A DNA stretch of 63,579 bases, filler included, from Dugesia japonica (Eukaryota): NCBI GenBank assembly GCA_001938525.1. It is 6 parts of 6 records of this genome, joined end to end, with 100 filler letters (N's around TTAATTAATTAA, not from the genome) between each part and the next. Parts side by side here need not be neighbours in the genome. Positions count along the whole stretch, not along the records: positions 55,290 to 63,579 come from MQRL01186839.1; 5 more parts are not named here. One strand, given 5' to 3'. Below, one piece after another: positions 62,249 through 63,579 of the stretch; positions within the stretch are counted from its first letter, which is position 1; every line of letters begins with the position of its first letter. Below the pieces are notes generated by a model. That model had not been told where the DNA came from. It searched no databases and saw only the letters and a list, made by a program, of their open reading frames with translations. The translations under genes and the position numbers were made by a program.

Positions 62249-63537
62249 TTTAGTCTAACAATTAATTATTAGTTTATATTTTCTTATCGAATTAATTATT
62301 TTGATTCATTCTTGGCTGAAAATGTTTCACACAAAAATGTTTTATAGTAAAATATTTTATGTGAAAAAGTTTGTTATGAAATGTCTGGGTACGATTGTCA
62401 AAAATAAAATGTATTACAAATGTAAAACAATGTAAACAAACACATTAATCGATGACCAAAATTCACATCACAAAATATTCAATTACTAGCGAATAATTTC
62501 CTAAAATTTATATGCAACCACAATAATCAATTATATGACAACTGATTTTGATTTTGATAATCATTATTTTAACTAGATATTTTTATATTATTTATATTTT
62601 TTATTTCAATATTAAAATAATCCAGTTTTTAAAAAGATGTGTTTAATATTCAGAATTATAGAAAACGTGAAGTGTTTTTTAAATAAATTTTGAAAGTATT
62701 TAATTTAATGAATTCATCTACAATTTAGCACCGGCTAAAGATCTTGGAATAAAGAAACATGAAATTATGTTTTCAATGCATTTAATCAAAACTCCTGCAT
62801 AATTAGCGCATTTTCCAATTATTTGTCGGGGAAAATGTTTCATTCATTCGACCACAAATACCATAATATAACAAAATTTTTATTTTCAAAACATAATGAA
62901 ATATTCGCTGTGTATATTTCAAAATAATTTAGAAGCATTTCCAAATTAAGAAATAATTGTAATGTGAACAAAATAGAAATCCCAGTAAACAATTTAAAAA
63001 TTTATTTTGAAAATTTAAAAACAAGCAACAGAAAAAATTTTCAAAAAATAATTAATATTTTACAATTTAATATTAATTTAATTAACTAATTTAATATTTT
63101 CACATTTCAATTCACAGAAAGATGATGCATAATACTAATTAAATCAATATCAAGAAAAATACAAAAGTTGATGTTTATTACAATTGAAATTTAAAAAAAT
63201 AATAAACAACAGTGAAAAAGTTCAGTAAATAATTAAATTGTCTATTTGAGATATTGATCGATTAAATATGTATATAAGAATTTTAGAATAAAGGAAACAG
63301 TTATTTTCTGAATACAAGTTGCTAATTATAGCAGAAAATCAATAATGTTAGCTGCTAAACCTCATTTGATAATTAAATTCCATGTAATATTTAATCAGTC
63401 GACAAAAAATTAATCAATCGCAAGCCAGGGGAGATGATAACAAGATCAAAATGAGTAATTTAGCTCAGCATATTCATCGAGTACATTTTATTAGTAATCA
63501 CAAATTAATAATAATAATATAAATAATAATAATAATG

Positions 63538-63579
<42 letters not shown>

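Noticed and set aside
62700-62870. Possible BIR-domain remnant on the minus strand
   Set aside because: Could not recover the C-x2-C...H...C pattern in any frame

Overview
This is very AT-rich eukaryotic DNA with abundant (ATT)n microsatellites and ~50-nt introns. That texture resembles a planarian/flatworm draft assembly, which is an inference I cannot confirm. The window is not one locus: five artificial 100-bp linkers (44 N + TTAATTAATTAA + 44 N) join six separate scaffolds (1-10624, 10725-19439, 19540-32593, 32694-43972, 44073-55189, 55290-63579). Mobile DNA dominates. There are two structurally complete but pseudogenised Ty3/Gypsy LTR retrotransposons, both with TG...TA termini and 5-bp TSDs; one sits inside a pogo transposon that sits in a host intron. 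MULE, hAT, Gypsy and MITE remnants are scattered throughout. The most notable content is three decayed copies of a protein-primed DNA polymerase B (Polinton/Maverick/Adintovirus type; one retains an endonuclease VII zinc-finger module) plus about eight related AGTAG-starting putative termini in two classes. I recognised no integrase, ATPase or capsid gene belonging to them. Host genes, assembled by eye from splice signals, are the 3' end of a single-pass membrane protein gene (minus strand), an internal part of a multi-exon gene with a PH-like domain (plus strand), and a candidate IL-17-like cystine-knot gene interrupted by an N-gap. All protein identities rest on motif recognition only; no searches were run.
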